In this document: positions 45,194 through 55,185 of the stretch, one piece after another
Numbering within the stretch: position 1 is the first letter of the stretch
Layout of the letters: each line of letters starts with the position of its first letter
From: an uncultured Acidobacteriaceae bacterium
Lineage (GTDB): Bacteria; Acidobacteriota; Terriglobia; Terriglobales; Acidobacteriaceae
Length of the DNA stretch: 64,000 nt
Reading direction: 5' to 3'
Assembly: GCA_963796895.1 (NCBI GenBank)
Contig: CAWCNN010000005.1
Span: 18,659 to 82,658, forward strand
Translations under genes and position numbers: made by a program
Notes under the pieces: generated by a model
What the model saw: only the letters and a program-made list of their open reading frames with translations
Told to the model about the DNA's origin: nothing
Databases searched by the model: none

Positions 45194-45201
45194 AAGCTCT
45201 T

Positions 45202-46893
45202 TCATCCCTCCCGCACATACCTCCGATACACCGGCTCCCAAACATTCGCGTCCACCGCCGCTTCCACATCGCTCTCCCTCAAATCCGACAGCCCCTCCGC
45301 GATCGCCTCCCGCGCCACGGCCACCGCAATCACCCGGCCGAGCTTGCGCGAATCCGCCACCGGCGGCAGCAGGCTCGCATTCCGATTCGTTTCCACCGGC
45401 GACAACCGGGCCAGTACCCGCGCCGCCGTCATGAACATCGCATCTGTCACGCGCCGCGCCTTTGCCGCCACAATCCCCAGCGCCAGCCCCGGGAAGATAT
45501 AGGAATTGTTCGTCTGATCGATACAGATCTCCCGATCCCCCACCTTCACCGGCTCGAACGGGCTGCCGGTCCCGATCAGCGCTTTGCCGTCGGTCCACCG
45601 CAGCAGGTCCGCCGGCGTCGCTTCGCTCTTCGAAGTTGGGTTCGACAGTGGAAAGATGATCGGGCGCTCCGCATTCTTCGCCATCGCGCGCACCGCGTCC
45701 TCGGTAAACATCCCGGCCTTTCCTGCCACGCCGATCAGCACCGTGATCTTCCCGTTCCGCACGACTTCTTCGAGGCCGATCTTCTTCCCGTCGGCCACCT
45801 GCCAGCCTGCAACATCTTCGCGCGCATGTACAAAATCCGTCTGCTCCGGATGAATCCCCTCCGCACCCTCCACCAACAGCCCAGGCCGTCCCAGCGCATA
45901 AATCCGCGCCTTCGCCTCGGCCTCGCTCAGGCCTTCTTCCATCAGTGCCTTCACCAGTAGGTTCGCAATCCCGATGCCCGCCGAGCCGAACCCCAGAATC
46001 GCGATCCGCTGATCGGCCAGCTTCGTCCCTGCCGCCTTCACCGCCGCCAGCACCGTCGCCAGTACCACCGCCGCCGTCCCCTGAATGTCGTCGTTAAAAG
46101 TGCACAACCGGTCCCGATACTTCGCCAGCAACCGTGCCGCATTCGAGCCCGCAAAATCCTCCCACTGCAGCAGCACATGCGGCCACCGCTTCTCCACCGC
46201 GCGCACAAAGGTCTCGATAAACTCGTCGTAGGCCGGTCCGCGAACCCGCTTATTCCGCCACCCAATGTAGATCGGATTCGCCAGTCGCTCCTCGTTATCC
46301 GTCCCCACATCCAGCAGCACCGGCAAACAATACTCGTGATGTAAACCGCCCAGCGCCGTATACAGTGCCATCTTCCCGATCGGAATCCCCATCCCGCCCG
46401 CGCCCTGATCGCCCAACCCCAGGATGCGCTCGCCGTCGCTCACCACAATCGCCTTTACGTTGTCGTAGCGCTTGTGCGACAAAATCTTCTCGATCCTGTC
46501 CTTGTTCGTGTAACTCAAAAACAGCCCGCGCGGCTTCCGCCAGATCTCGCTGAACCGCTGGCACCCCTCCCCGACCGTCGGCGTGTACACAATCGGCATG
46601 AACTTCTTCACGTCCGACAGAATCAGCGCGTAGAACAGCGTCTCGTTGATGTCCTGCAGATCGCGCATGAAGGTGTACTTCTCAAACGGAGTCTCGTACG
46701 TGTCGAACGCCTTCTGCCGCCGCGCAATCTGCTCCTCCAGCGTCCCCACATGCGGGGGCAGCAGCCCGTGCAGATCGAACGCATCCCGCTCGCTCTCGGT
46801 GAACGCCGTGCCTTTGTTGAATCGGGGGTGGTTCAGAAGGGTGAAACCATATAACCCAGTGCGGATCACCTGCTCCGTGCTCGATTCCGTCAT
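45202..46893 (-). CDS. maeA: NAD(P)-dependent malic enzyme (large, oxaloacetate-decarboxylating type)
   Basis: 563 aa with FNKGTAFTESERD, VYTPTVGEGC, VVSDGERILGLGDQGAGGMGIPIGK, FNDDIQGTAAV and FPLSNPTSKSE. Confidence 0.93.
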   Translation of the reverse strand: MTESSTEQVIRTGLYGFTLLNHPRFNKGTAFTESERDAFDLHGLLPPHVGTLEEQIARRQKAFDTYETPFEKYTFMRDLQDINETLFYALILSDVKKFMPIVYTPTVGEGCQRFSEIWRKPRGLFLSYTNKDRIEKILSHKRYDNVKAIVVSDGERILGLGDQGAGGMGIPIGKMALYTALGGLHHEYCLPVLLDVGTDNEERLANPIYIGWRNKRVRGPAYDEFIETFVRAVEKRWPHVLLQWEDFAGSNAARLLAKYRDRLCTFNDDIQGTAAVVLATVLAAVKAAGTKLADQRIAILGFGSAGIGIANLLVKALMEEGLSEAEAKARIYALGRPGLLVEGAEGIHPEQTDFVHAREDVAGWQVADGKKIGLEEVVRNGKITVLIGVAGKAGMFTEDAVRAMAKNAERPIIFPLSNPTSKSEATPADLLRWTDGKALIGTGSPFEPVKVGDREICIDQTNNSYIFPGLALGIVAAKARRVTDAMFMTAARVLARLSPVETNRNASLLPPVADSRKLGRVIAVAVAREAIAEGLSDLRESDVEAAVDANVWEPVYRRYVREG

Positions 46894-47022
46894 GAGTGCC
46901 TCTCCTCCTCTTTATCAGGAGATGCGCCTTTTCGGAACCCCTCTTCTGCCTTCACGCGAAACCACCGTCACTTGATCGTGGTTACACCGCGTGATCTTTA
47001 CCGCCGACCTGAACTCAACGCC

Positions 47023-47775
47023 CTACTCGCTTTCCTCGATCCCCGCCCAGATCCCGGTATCCCCTGCCACCGGACCGATGCCCCGCTTCGCCACGAGCAG
47101 ATAGCGCTCCGTCTTCATCACATTGCGCACCTGGTCGCCTACCCGCTCCAGCACGCCCTGCTGCGACGAATGCTTCCGAAACGCCTCCAGCTTCCGATCC
47201 GCCAGATCGCCCAGTTCCAGCGTCAGCGACCACGGCACGGTCGCCGCTCCTTTCGTCAGCTCCGGCCGATCCCGCACACTCACAAACGGTGTGCTCACCC
47301 AATACAGTTTCTGCGGAGCGTACGCCGCACCCGCCTCGGTGAACATCTCCGCCCGCGCCGCCCAGTGAAACGCCGCCGTCGCCACCCCCGACACCGTCGT
47401 GTGATCCCGATGCAGATTCACCCCGCCATCGCTGCCGAACGTCAGCACCACCTGCGGACGCCAGCGCCGGATTCGCTCCACCACCACGCCGGTCAATTCC
47501 TGAAAACTCTGCTGCACCAGTTCGCCATCCGGATACTCCAGCACTTCATGGTGCGTCACCCCCAGCACCGCCGACGCCGCATCCATCTCGGCGCGCCGCA
47601 GCTTTCCCAGTTCTTCGTCATCGGCCGCGCCTTTGCGAAAATGCCCTGCCTGCCCATCCGTAAAACACAGCACGAACGTCTCCGCACCCGCCTGTTGAGC
47701 CTGCATCAGCGCGCCGCCAAAGCCGCCGCTTTCATCGTCAGGATGCGCCGTTACAACGAGGAGTCGATGGGGCAT
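47023..47775 (-). CDS. PIG-L/LmbE-family N-acetylglucosaminyl deacetylase
   Basis: MPHRLLVVTAHPDDESGGFGGAL ... HRDHTTV. Confidence 0.85.
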   Translation of the reverse strand: MPHRLLVVTAHPDDESGGFGGALMQAQQAGAETFVLCFTDGQAGHFRKGAADDEELGKLRRAEMDAASAVLGVTHHEVLEYPDGELVQQSFQELTGVVVERIRRWRPQVVLTFGSDGGVNLHRDHTTVSGVATAAFHWAARAEMFTEAGAAYAPQKLYWVSTPFVSVRDRPELTKGAATVPWSLTLELGDLADRKLEAFRKHSSQQGVLERVGDQVRNVMKTERYLLVAKRGIGPVAGDTGIWAGIEESE

Positions 47776-47784
47776 ATCAGAGCT

Positions 47785-47831
47785 GTCATCCTGAGCGCAG
47801 CGCCGCAAGGCGCGGAGTCGAAGGACCTGCG
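47785..47831. repeat. REP-like element GTCATCCTGAGCGCAGCGCCGCAAGGCGCGGAGTCGAAGGACCTGCG
   Basis: It contains the hairpin GCGCC-gcaa-GGCGC. On the minus strand it encodes the last 13 codons and the stop of the rnhB ORF. Confidence 0.7.
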
Positions 47832-48637
47832 TTCAGCTTTCCGGAACCGCCGACCTCAGCCTCCGGACCCTCTTCAATCTCAAATTCATCCCACGGCAAT
47901 TCTGCCTGCGCCACGGGCATGAAACTCTTTCGATGCAGCACCGACGGTCCAAGATTCTTCAGCGCCTCCCGATGCTCCGGCGTTGCGTACCCTTTATGCG
48001 AAGCCAGTCCATACCCCGGATACTCCCCGTCCAGCTCGCACATCCGCCGGTCGCGATAAACCTTCGCCACCACCGAAGCCGCCGCAATCGAAATGCTCAG
48101 CGAATCCCCGTAGATAATCTTCGTCTGCGCATGCGGAAGATCCAGCAGCAGCGCATCGATCAGCAGATGATCCGGCTGTGGATCGAGCTTCATCACCGCC
48201 GCCGCCATTGCCATCCGGCTCGCCTGGTAGATGTTCACCCGATCAATCGTCTCCGCGTCCACTTCCTCGATCGCAATCGCAATCGCCCGCTGGCGCACGA
48301 CCACTTCCAGACGCTCGCGATCCTCTACCGCCAGTTGTTTCGAATCCCGTAATCCGCGTATCCGTGTATCCGCCGGCAGAATCACCGCTCCCGCAACAAC
48401 CGGCCCGAACAACGCGCCGCGCCCAACCTCATCCACGCCCGCAATCGCCGTCGCACCGGTCGCTCGTGCCAGCCTTTCGTATCTGTTCCCGCAGGCCAGC
48501 GACCGCAGCATCCGCATCTTCCGCGTCGCTGCGCACACCTCATCGTCGGGAAGTCGCTTCCTTCCCCGTCGAGCAATCAGCTCGCCCTGGGCCTCTTCGT
48601 CCTCAGCCTCTTTGACCGACCCGCCCGCGCTCCCCAT
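47786..48637 (-). CDS. rnhB: ribonuclease HII (with N- and C-terminal extensions)
   Basis: GVDEVGRGALFGPVVAGAVIL, DSKQL, ASVVAKVYRD, GYGLASHKGYATPEH. The start is uncertain (48637 or an internal Met at about 48517). The C-terminal tail GPSTPRLAALRSG* is encoded by the REP-like element. Confidence 0.88.
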   Translation of the reverse strand: MGSAGGSVKEAEDEEAQGELIARRGRKRLPDDEVCAATRKMRMLRSLACGNRYERLARATGATAIAGVDEVGRGALFGPVVAGAVILPADTRIRGLRDSKQLAVEDRERLEVVVRQRAIAIAIEEVDAETIDRVNIYQASRMAMAAAVMKLDPQPDHLLIDALLLDLPHAQTKIIYGDSLSISIAAASVVAKVYRDRRMCELDGEYPGYGLASHKGYATPEHREALKNLGPSVLHRKSFMPVAQAELPWDEFEIEEGPEAEVGGSGKLNAGPSTPRLAALRSG

Positions 48638-48772
48638 AGGCCGAGTCTATCGCCCTCGCCCCGAAAATTGCCCGTGGAAATCCGGTCCCTGATCTGGGCC
48701 TTTCGGCCCTCTGCTCTTGATTCCAACGCTCCCCAAACCGCATCCATATACTGAAGCTATCGGGAGCCCGCT

Positions 48773-49216
48773 ATGCCCATCCTGCGCACCTGCACCCACT
48801 GCGGCAAGACCAACCGCATCCCTGCGCGCCATCTCGCCGACACCGGCCGCTGCGGTAATTGCAGGAATCCCCTGCCGCCCGTTGCCGAACCGATCGCTGT
48901 CGGCCCCGCTGAGTTCGACGAAATCATTCGCGATGCCCGCGTCCCCGTCCTCGTCGATTTCTGGGCTGCCTGGTGCGGACCCTGCCGCATGGCGGCGCCC
49001 CATGTCGCCCAAACGGCCCGCGACCTCGCCGGCAGCGCCGTCGTCCTCAAGGTCGATACGGAGCTGCACCCGGAACTCGCCGCGCGCTACAACGTGCAGG
49101 GCATCCCCAATTTCGCCGTCTTCAGCGGCGGCAACCTCGCCTTTCAACAGGCCGGCCTCGTCGACGCCAACACCATGAAATCCTGGCTCACCCGCGCCCC
49201 TGCCCAGCCGGCCTGA
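48773..49216 (+). CDS. trxC: thioredoxin 2 (N-terminal zinc-finger thioredoxin)
   Basis: CTHCGKTNRIP....CGNCRNPL zinc finger followed by FWAAWCGPCRM. Confidence 0.9.
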   Translation: MPILRTCTHCGKTNRIPARHLADTGRCGNCRNPLPPVAEPIAVGPAEFDEIIRDARVPVLVDFWAAWCGPCRMAAPHVAQTARDLAGSAVVLKVDTELHPELAARYNVQGIPNFAVFSGGNLAFQQAGLVDANTMKSWLTRAPAQPA

Positions 49217-49372
49217 CCGCGACCCGGACTTTACCCGCACGTCTTTGGCTGACCGGACTTCAGCTGACGGCTTTTCAGCTACCCCACACACGAACGCCCC
49301 AGCCGTCACTGGCCAGGGCGTCGTCATTTCAGGTCGTTCTACCGGCTCCCAGCTCCCGGCTTCTTCTCAACC

Positions 49373-49726
49373 CTACCTGGTATCGACTTCCTTCAGCCGC
49401 GCCGCCTTGCCGCGCAGCGCGCGCAGGTAGAAGAGCCGCGCCCGCCGTACCTTCGACGACCGCACCTTCTCGATCTTGTCGATCACCTTGCTGTTAAACG
49501 GGAAGATCCTCTCCACGCCCTGGCCGAAGCTCATCTTCCGCACCGTAAAGCTGCCCTGCGGCCCGTTCTTTTTGGCGATCACTACGCCTTCGAACGCCTG
49601 CAACCGCTCCTTATCGCCTTCTTTAATCCGCACCTGCACGCGCACGGTGTCACCCGCCACAAAGGTGGGCAGGTCGGTGCGGTTCAGCTTATCGGCAAGG
49701 CGCTGCATCACTGGGTGAATCGACAT
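49373..49726 (-). CDS. rplS: 50S ribosomal protein L19
   Basis: [43 protein letters not shown]....GVERIFP.NS. 117 aa. Confidence 0.95.
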   Translation of the reverse strand: MSIHPVMQRLADKLNRTDLPTFVAGDTVRVQVRIKEGDKERLQAFEGVVIAKKNGPQGSFTVRKMSFGQGVERIFPFNSKVIDKIEKVRSSKVRRARLFYLRALRGKAARLKEVDTR

Positions 49727-49987
49727 GACTCAACTCGTTTCTCTGAGGAATTTGCGAATCTCCAGTTTAACAAAGATTTCGCATTTTCCGGGCGCAGCCT
49801 TCCCTTGTGCCTCCGTGGCTCCTCGACCCGGGCCTTTCCCCCGCCCCAAATTGCCCTTTCGCGATTCAGATTTAGCTAACTGGTTCTGGTTACGCAGCTT
49901 CCGTCGCGCTTCCGGTTCGCTTGTGTATCCTGTCATCACATCGCGGCCGGACCCCCAGCTCGACCCAGTCCCCCGGCAAGCGATCCG

Positions 49988-51439
49988 TTGCACGAGGCAG
50001 CAATTTTGACCACCCCCGCTCGCTCCGGCGCATCCCGCCGATCTCGCCTGCTCATACAAATCTCCGGCTACCTCGCCGCCATTATCCTTCCCTGGCTCGG
50101 CATCGTTTTCAGCATCCGCACGCCCGCCCTGCACGGCACGCCGCTCGCCCTCAGCTTTGTCTTTGTCGCCGCCATCACCGTCTTTACCGGACTGGGCCCT
50201 GGCCTGCTCTCCGTTGCTCTCACCGCTCTCTTCTTCAATCACCTCGCCCTTGCGAACCATACCCTGTTCTCGGTACATCCGCAGTCGCTCCTCTACACCA
50301 TCGTCATTCTCGCCATCGGCACGCTCATTGCATTCCTTTGCGACCGCCAGCGCGTCACCAGCGCCGATCTGCGGTCCGCTCTCGTTTCGCTCCAGACCCG
50401 CACCAACGCCCTCGTAGAAGCCCAACACGCGAGCCGCTTCGCCGCCTGGATGCACAACGCCGAAGAGGGCCGCATCGAGTGGGCAGAAGGTGGCGCCGAG
50501 ATTTTTGGCCGCCCCTTCTCTGAAACCTCCGATTCAAATGACTGGACCAACTTCATCATTGAAGAAGATCGAGACCGCGTTCTCCGCACCGTCCAGGCCG
50601 CCACCTCGGTCGGTCAGAGTTTCCGAGCCGAATTCCGCATCCGCTGGCCCAACGGCGAACTGCACTGGCTCGAGACCCGCGGCACCCCCTCCGCAGCCAA
50701 CCCGAAGATCTGGCACGGCGTCACCATCGACATTACCGACCGCAAGAACGCCGAGTCGGCGCTGGTTCGGTCCGAGAAACTGGCTGCTATCGGCCGCCTT
50801 TCGGCCACCATTGCCCACGAGGTCAACAATCCCCTCGAGGCGGTCACCAACCTCATCTATCTGGCCAAATCGGACACCGGCCTCTCCGCGGAGACAAGCG
50901 AGTATCTGCGGCGCGCCGATCAGGAATTGGCGCGCCTCGGCGCTATCGCCCGCCGCACCCTCACCTTCGTGCGTTCCCGCTCCTCACCCGGACCCGTCAA
51001 TGTCGCGGAGACCATCGACTCCGTTGTCGCGATGTTCCAGCCACGCTGCGCCGCCCGCGATGCTGAGATCTGCGTTGTCCCGATCCATGAGTTCAGCCTG
51101 CCCATCCCTGCGGACGATTTTCGCCAGATTCTCACCAATATCGTCTCCAATGCCTGCGACGCACTGCCAGATTCCGGCGGACAGATCCGCATCGAAGCGA
51201 GTTGCTCCGGCAATCTCGCAACCATTTCGATCCTCGACAACGGCCATGGCATCCCGCCGGAAAACCTGGCGCGCATCTTCGATCCGTTTTTTACGACGAA
51301 GGCGGATGTCGGTACGGGCATCGGCCTCTGGGTCTCCAAAGACCTCATCGAAAAAAGCGGCGGCCACATCTGGGTCGAAACGCAGAACCTGCCCGCCGGG
51401 TTCCGGACGTCATTTCGGATTGAGCTGCCGTGTGCCTGA
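49988..51439 (+). CDS. sensor histidine kinase (membrane N-terminal domain, PAS, HisKA, HATPase_c), no adjacent response regulator
   Basis: Hydrophobic N-terminus, PAS-like RIRWPNGELHWLETRG...GVTIDITDRK, H-box SATIAHEVNNPL, N-box NIVSNACDA, G-boxes DNGHGI and GTGIGL. TTG start is uncertain. Confidence 0.85.
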   Translation: MHEAAILTTPARSGASRRSRLLIQISGYLAAIILPWLGIVFSIRTPALHGTPLALSFVFVAAITVFTGLGPGLLSVALTALFFNHLALANHTLFSVHPQSLLYTIVILAIGTLIAFLCDRQRVTSADLRSALVSLQTRTNALVEAQHASRFAAWMHNAEEGRIEWAEGGAEIFGRPFSETSDSNDWTNFIIEEDRDRVLRTVQAATSVGQSFRAEFRIRWPNGELHWLETRGTPSAANPKIWHGVTIDITDRKNAESALVRSEKLAAIGRLSATIAHEVNNPLEAVTNLIYLAKSDTGLSAETSEYLRRADQELARLGAIARRTLTFVRSRSSPGPVNVAETIDSVVAMFQPRCAARDAEICVVPIHEFSLPIPADDFRQILTNIVSNACDALPDSGGQIRIEASCSGNLATISILDNGHGIPPENLARIFDPFFTTKADVGTGIGLWVSKDLIEKSGGHIWVETQNLPAGFRTSFRIELPCA

Positions 51440-51534
51440 ATTCCGCGCTGCCTTCAGCCGAAGACTCGCCCTTCGGAGCGCCGGGTGCGGCCAGCGCGGC
51501 AGGTTGCACCGTTCCGAGCCCTGATCTCCCGCCC

Positions 51535-53538
51535 TCAGTAAGGCCGCGCGTCCTGCGTCATTTCAGGCCAGTCGTCGGTCCTGAAAGGGCCGGCAGGCAG
51601 GCCTGCGCCGTTGAACAGCGTAGCCTCGGGATTCGACTGCCACGCATACCGCACCTGCGTCGGATGCGGCACCGACGGCGACGAGACGGTCACGGTATTA
51701 CCTTGGATCCGCGCATCCGCCCAGTGCCACTTACGGTCATCGCCGGCAATAGAGAATTCGCCGAGCTTGTCTCCCTTGACCACCAGGCCGCCATCCGCGT
51801 GCGCGAAATGCAACACGATGACGCCGCGCTTCCGGTGAACCGACTTCAGCGTCGGCCCTGAATCCACCACATGCTGGTGGTAGTACTTCGCCAGTGCGCA
51901 AAACGCTAGGCGATCGCCCACCGGCTCCTTCTCCTTCGGATGGAGGCTGTCCGGGTCCCCGGTGTCAATCGTCACCGCGAGGCAGGAGTTGGGAACGGTT
52001 GCGGCCGCAATGGCCTGCGACTCCCGCGTGTCCGCCCAGGCATCGTCGATGGGCGTGGCGCTGCGGGGGCCAAACGCCGGCAGGCTGACGATGTAGAAGG
52101 GAAAATCTCCCTGACCGAAGGCCCTCCGCCAGTCGGCGATCATGACCGGCAGCAGTTTGCGGTATTGGTAACCGCGCGGCGAATTCTGCTCGCCCTGGTA
52201 CCAGGTGGCTCCCGAGATGGAGAGCGGGACGATCGGCTCCAGCATCCCCTTGTAGAGAACCGTGGGGATCACCGGCCAGTTCTCGAAGCCGATGGGCATC
52301 GGGTGCGGTGGACGGGCATCCACGCTAAGCCTGGCTTTCCACTCACCGGACAGCGGGATGTTCTGATCGCCGAGCGCAAGGTGCAGTTCGTCCCGTTTTC
52401 CAAGAAACCCGCCCGCCGGCTTGGTTTTGAAAACCCGGATCGCGATCAGATTCTTTCCAGGCTTCAGCACGCCGGCGCGAAGAAAATACACGCGCGGGTT
52501 CTCCACCCAGGCGCTCCCGCCCACATCGGTTCCGTTGACGTAGACCGTATCCATGCGCTCGATCTCGCCGAGATGGAGCGCCGCGCGTCCCGCCGGGAGC
52601 GGGTCCGGCAACGTGATCTCTCTGCGGAACCAGACCACCGCCGGGGTTTCAGGCACTCCCACTTCGGCGAAACCGCCGGGGACCCGCACAGATTTCCATG
52701 CCGAGTCATTAAGATCCGGAGCAAACCATTTTCCCTTGAGCCCAATGTCGTACTCGTCATACCAGTGCATGATGTAGTTCCCGTAGGCCGGCGCCCCGGA
52801 GTCGGCGAGGCCCTGGAGCTCGGCGAGTGGAACATCAAAATCGCCCATGGGACGAAGCGCGGCGGCGCTGGTCCACGCTTCGGCCGGCGTTCCTCCGACC
52901 GCATCGACGACCAGGCCAATCGGAATGTGAGTTTCCTGCTGCACCTTGCGCGCAAAATAGAACGCGACCGCCGATACCCAGTCCGCTGTCTGCGGCGAGA
53001 CCACGCGCCACGACCCGCCGATCAGGTCGGTGTGCTGGTACGCCGGACGGCCGGCCACCGTAAAGTAACGAATCTCGGGATCGTTCGCTGCCTTCGCCAC
53101 TTCCTCGGCATCCGCCGTGAAGCGCAGCGGCAGTTCCATGTTGGACTGGCCGCCGCACAGCCAGACATCGCCCACCAGCACGTTGTGCAGTTCGACCGTC
53201 TGCGGACCGGAGATGGTGACAGTGTAAGGACCACCGGCTACAGGGGGATCGATCTTCACCTCCCAGCGGTCGTCCGCGCCGGCTGTGCCGGTGGCGCTCC
53301 GGTCGCCGATCTGGACACGCACCGTGTCGCCGGGTTTCGACCAGCCCCAGATCGTATCGGGCTTGCCGCGTTGGAGCACCATGTTATCGCCGAAGAGCGG
53401 ACTGACGAAGGGCAGCGGAGCGTTCGCCGGCGGCGCAACCGGAAACGGAGGGGGAACGTTCTGAGCAAAGACGGTGCTGCCTGAAAGCAGGATGCCGGCC
53501 ACAGCGGCCGCAGCAAAAACGTATCCACGCTTCGTCAA
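51535..53538 (-). CDS. sialate O-acetylesterase-like (SASA/DUF303) carbohydrate acetylesterase, secreted
   Basis: VWLCGGQSNME. I place the start at TTG 53538 (TKRGYVFAAAAVAGILLSGSTVFAQ signal peptide), 7 nt after an AAGGAG that lies in the last codons of the upstream gene. The longer ORF to 53619 would overlap that gene by 80 nt. Confidence 0.82.
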   Translation of the reverse strand: MTKRGYVFAAAAVAGILLSGSTVFAQNVPPPFPVAPPANAPLPFVSPLFGDNMVLQRGKPDTIWGWSKPGDTVRVQIGDRSATGTAGADDRWEVKIDPPVAGGPYTVTISGPQTVELHNVLVGDVWLCGGQSNMELPLRFTADAEEVAKAANDPEIRYFTVAGRPAYQHTDLIGGSWRVVSPQTADWVSAVAFYFARKVQQETHIPIGLVVDAVGGTPAEAWTSAAALRPMGDFDVPLAELQGLADSGAPAYGNYIMHWYDEYDIGLKGKWFAPDLNDSAWKSVRVPGGFAEVGVPETPAVVWFRREITLPDPLPAGRAALHLGEIERMDTVYVNGTDVGGSAWVENPRVYFLRAGVLKPGKNLIAIRVFKTKPAGGFLGKRDELHLALGDQNIPLSGEWKARLSVDARPPHPMPIGFENWPVIPTVLYKGMLEPIVPLSISGATWYQGEQNSPRGYQYRKLLPVMIADWRRAFGQGDFPFYIVSLPAFGPRSATPIDDAWADTRESQAIAAATVPNSCLAVTIDTGDPDSLHPKEKEPVGDRLAFCALAKYYHQHVVDSGPTLKSVHRKRGVIVLHFAHADGGLVVKGDKLGEFSIAGDDRKWHWADARIQGNTVTVSSPSVPHPTQVRYAWQSNPEATLFNGAGLPAGPFRTDDWPEMTQDARPY

Positions 53539-53539
53539 C

Positions 53540-55108
53540 TCACTTCTCCTTCGCGTTGCTCTGGCGGCACACAAAGTTTGCTGCGTCCTCCGCATCTCCG
53601 TGTCCGCTGTACTGCGCATGTTTGGGATAAGCGCACAGCGGCCGGCTGCGTCCCGGGAATGCTTTCCCGGTGGCGATCACCGACTCCGGCGCCGTTCCAT
53701 TTTCCACCCAGTTCACCAGCGCGCCCAGCATATCGAAGTAGTCCAGCGAGGGGCCCCCGCCGCAATGGCTCATGCCCGGCACGAAGAAGAACCGGCTCCA
53801 CGTTTCGACCTGTTCCGCTCCGCCATTAGTAGCAGCCAGCGACTGGTAATAATCGAACGTGTCGAGCGGCGAGAACCAGGGATCGCTGCCGCCATGAAAG
53901 AAGATCAGCTTGCCGCCGTCGCCCGAGAACGTCGACAGGTTGGTCGAGGCCGGCTCCACCAGCGGATCGGAGGCGTGGAGCGCCGCCTTGTCCACGTCCA
54001 GAGACGTCGCCGTCGTGAGCGGCCCGAACAGACCCCTTGAGTGCGGGCTCAGCAAACCAGGCAGCGGACCAGAGGCCGCGATCCCGGCGTCATAAAGAAA
54101 GCCGGGGTACACCTGCGTCCCGTAAGCGTTCTTCGGTCCCGCGAAGGCCTTTTTGATGGCGGCCACCTTCTCCGGTGCCATGCAGCCTTCGCTTTGGCCC
54201 GCCTTGCAGGCGATCTCCTCCGGGTCGAAATGGCAGCCGAGAGGATCGAGGATCATTCCGTCCTTCACCCCATCGAGCGCGTCGCATTTCTTCATCAGCG
54301 CGTCCATAAAAAGCTTGCGATCCGCGTCGGTGAAGAGCTTGTCGATCTCCGGCTTACCCGATGCGTCCTTCGGCGCGGCCTGGTTGTACGCAACCGGAAT
54401 CCACTGGCCAATCGCAAGATTGGAGAGGCCGGTGCGCATCGCCGGATCGCCAACCACAATGCCGTTGAACACGGTGGGAAATCGCTGCGACAAAATCATG
54501 CCTTCGCGCCCCCCGGTCGAGCAGCCGACGAAATATGCGTGCGACGCAGGCCTGGCGTAGTAGTGAGAGATAATCTGCTTCGCCACGCCGGCCACTTCAG
54601 CGTTGGCCTGATAGGCGAAGTCAAGAAACGCCTGCTGATCGCGCATGAACGAAAAATCGAACCCGCCGGTGCGCGCCTTGTGTCCCGTGTCGGTGCTGGC
54701 CACCGCAAATCCGCGCTCGAGGGCAGACTTGTCACCGCTGTACGATGCCCCGGCAGGGTAGTTCACCACACCGTTACCGCCGCCTCCGCCCTGCATCATG
54801 AAGTCGCCGTTCCACGCATCCTTCTCGGGCAGCGCCACCGCAAATCCGATGCCGTACTCGATGCCGTCAACCCCCTTGCGCCGGTGCATCGTCCCTTCCA
54901 CGCGGCAATGCGCGGGCAGTAAGCCCGCATAATGCGGATACGAGGACGGAAGCGGCGCGTTCGCCGGGACCTCCGTGGCCCCCGTGATCTCCACGCCATC
55001 GATTTTGAGGCTGGCGAGATCGGAGCAGGTGGCCCTGGTCTGCGCCCCCGCCACCATCGCTGCACCGCAGGCCACCGTTGCCACAATCATGGATCTGAAC
55101 TGTCTCAT
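53540..55108 (-). CDS. tannase/feruloyl esterase family protein, secreted
   Basis: Signal peptide MRQFRSMIVATVACGAAMVAGAQ, FMMQGGGGGNG and the nucleophile motif GCSTGGREG. 522 aa. Confidence 0.85.
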   Translation of the reverse strand: MRQFRSMIVATVACGAAMVAGAQTRATCSDLASLKIDGVEITGATEVPANAPLPSSYPHYAGLLPAHCRVEGTMHRRKGVDGIEYGIGFAVALPEKDAWNGDFMMQGGGGGNGVVNYPAGASYSGDKSALERGFAVASTDTGHKARTGGFDFSFMRDQQAFLDFAYQANAEVAGVAKQIISHYYARPASHAYFVGCSTGGREGMILSQRFPTVFNGIVVGDPAMRTGLSNLAIGQWIPVAYNQAAPKDASGKPEIDKLFTDADRKLFMDALMKKCDALDGVKDGMILDPLGCHFDPEEIACKAGQSEGCMAPEKVAAIKKAFAGPKNAYGTQVYPGFLYDAGIAASGPLPGLLSPHSRGLFGPLTTATSLDVDKAALHASDPLVEPASTNLSTFSGDGGKLIFFHGGSDPWFSPLDTFDYYQSLAATNGGAEQVETWSRFFFVPGMSHCGGGPSLDYFDMLGALVNWVENGTAPESVIATGKAFPGRSRPLCAYPKHAQYSGHGDAEDAANFVCRQSNAKEK

Positions 55109-55185
55109 GCGTAGCCTTCTTTCTGAAGAAGAGATCCCGGCGGTCTACCGTGCTTCCGGTGGGCCAGCCTGACAAGGCGCTGCGA

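Noticed and set aside
49217-49372. Rho-independent terminator between convergent trxC and rplS (ACGCCCCAGCCGTCACTGGCCAGGGCGT)
   Set aside because: The stem is imperfect and interrupted, and neither strand has a U-tract. It is too weak to annotate.
49727-49987. Ribosomal-protein L19 leader RNA upstream of a stand-alone rplS (no trmD, rimM or rpsP nearby)
   Set aside because: I could not draw a convincing conserved structure by eye, and the known L19 leader motif is described for other phyla. A covariance-model scan would be needed, so I leave it unannotated.
53539-53619. 80-nt overlap between the acetylesterase ORF (called from 53619) and the tannase-family gene
   Set aside because: The signal peptide begins only after a TTG at 53538, which has an AAGGAG Shine-Dalgarno 7 nt upstream. 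The upstream extension (MRSTADTEMRRTQQTLCAARATRRRSE) looks non-native, so the overlap is most likely an ORF-calling artefact.
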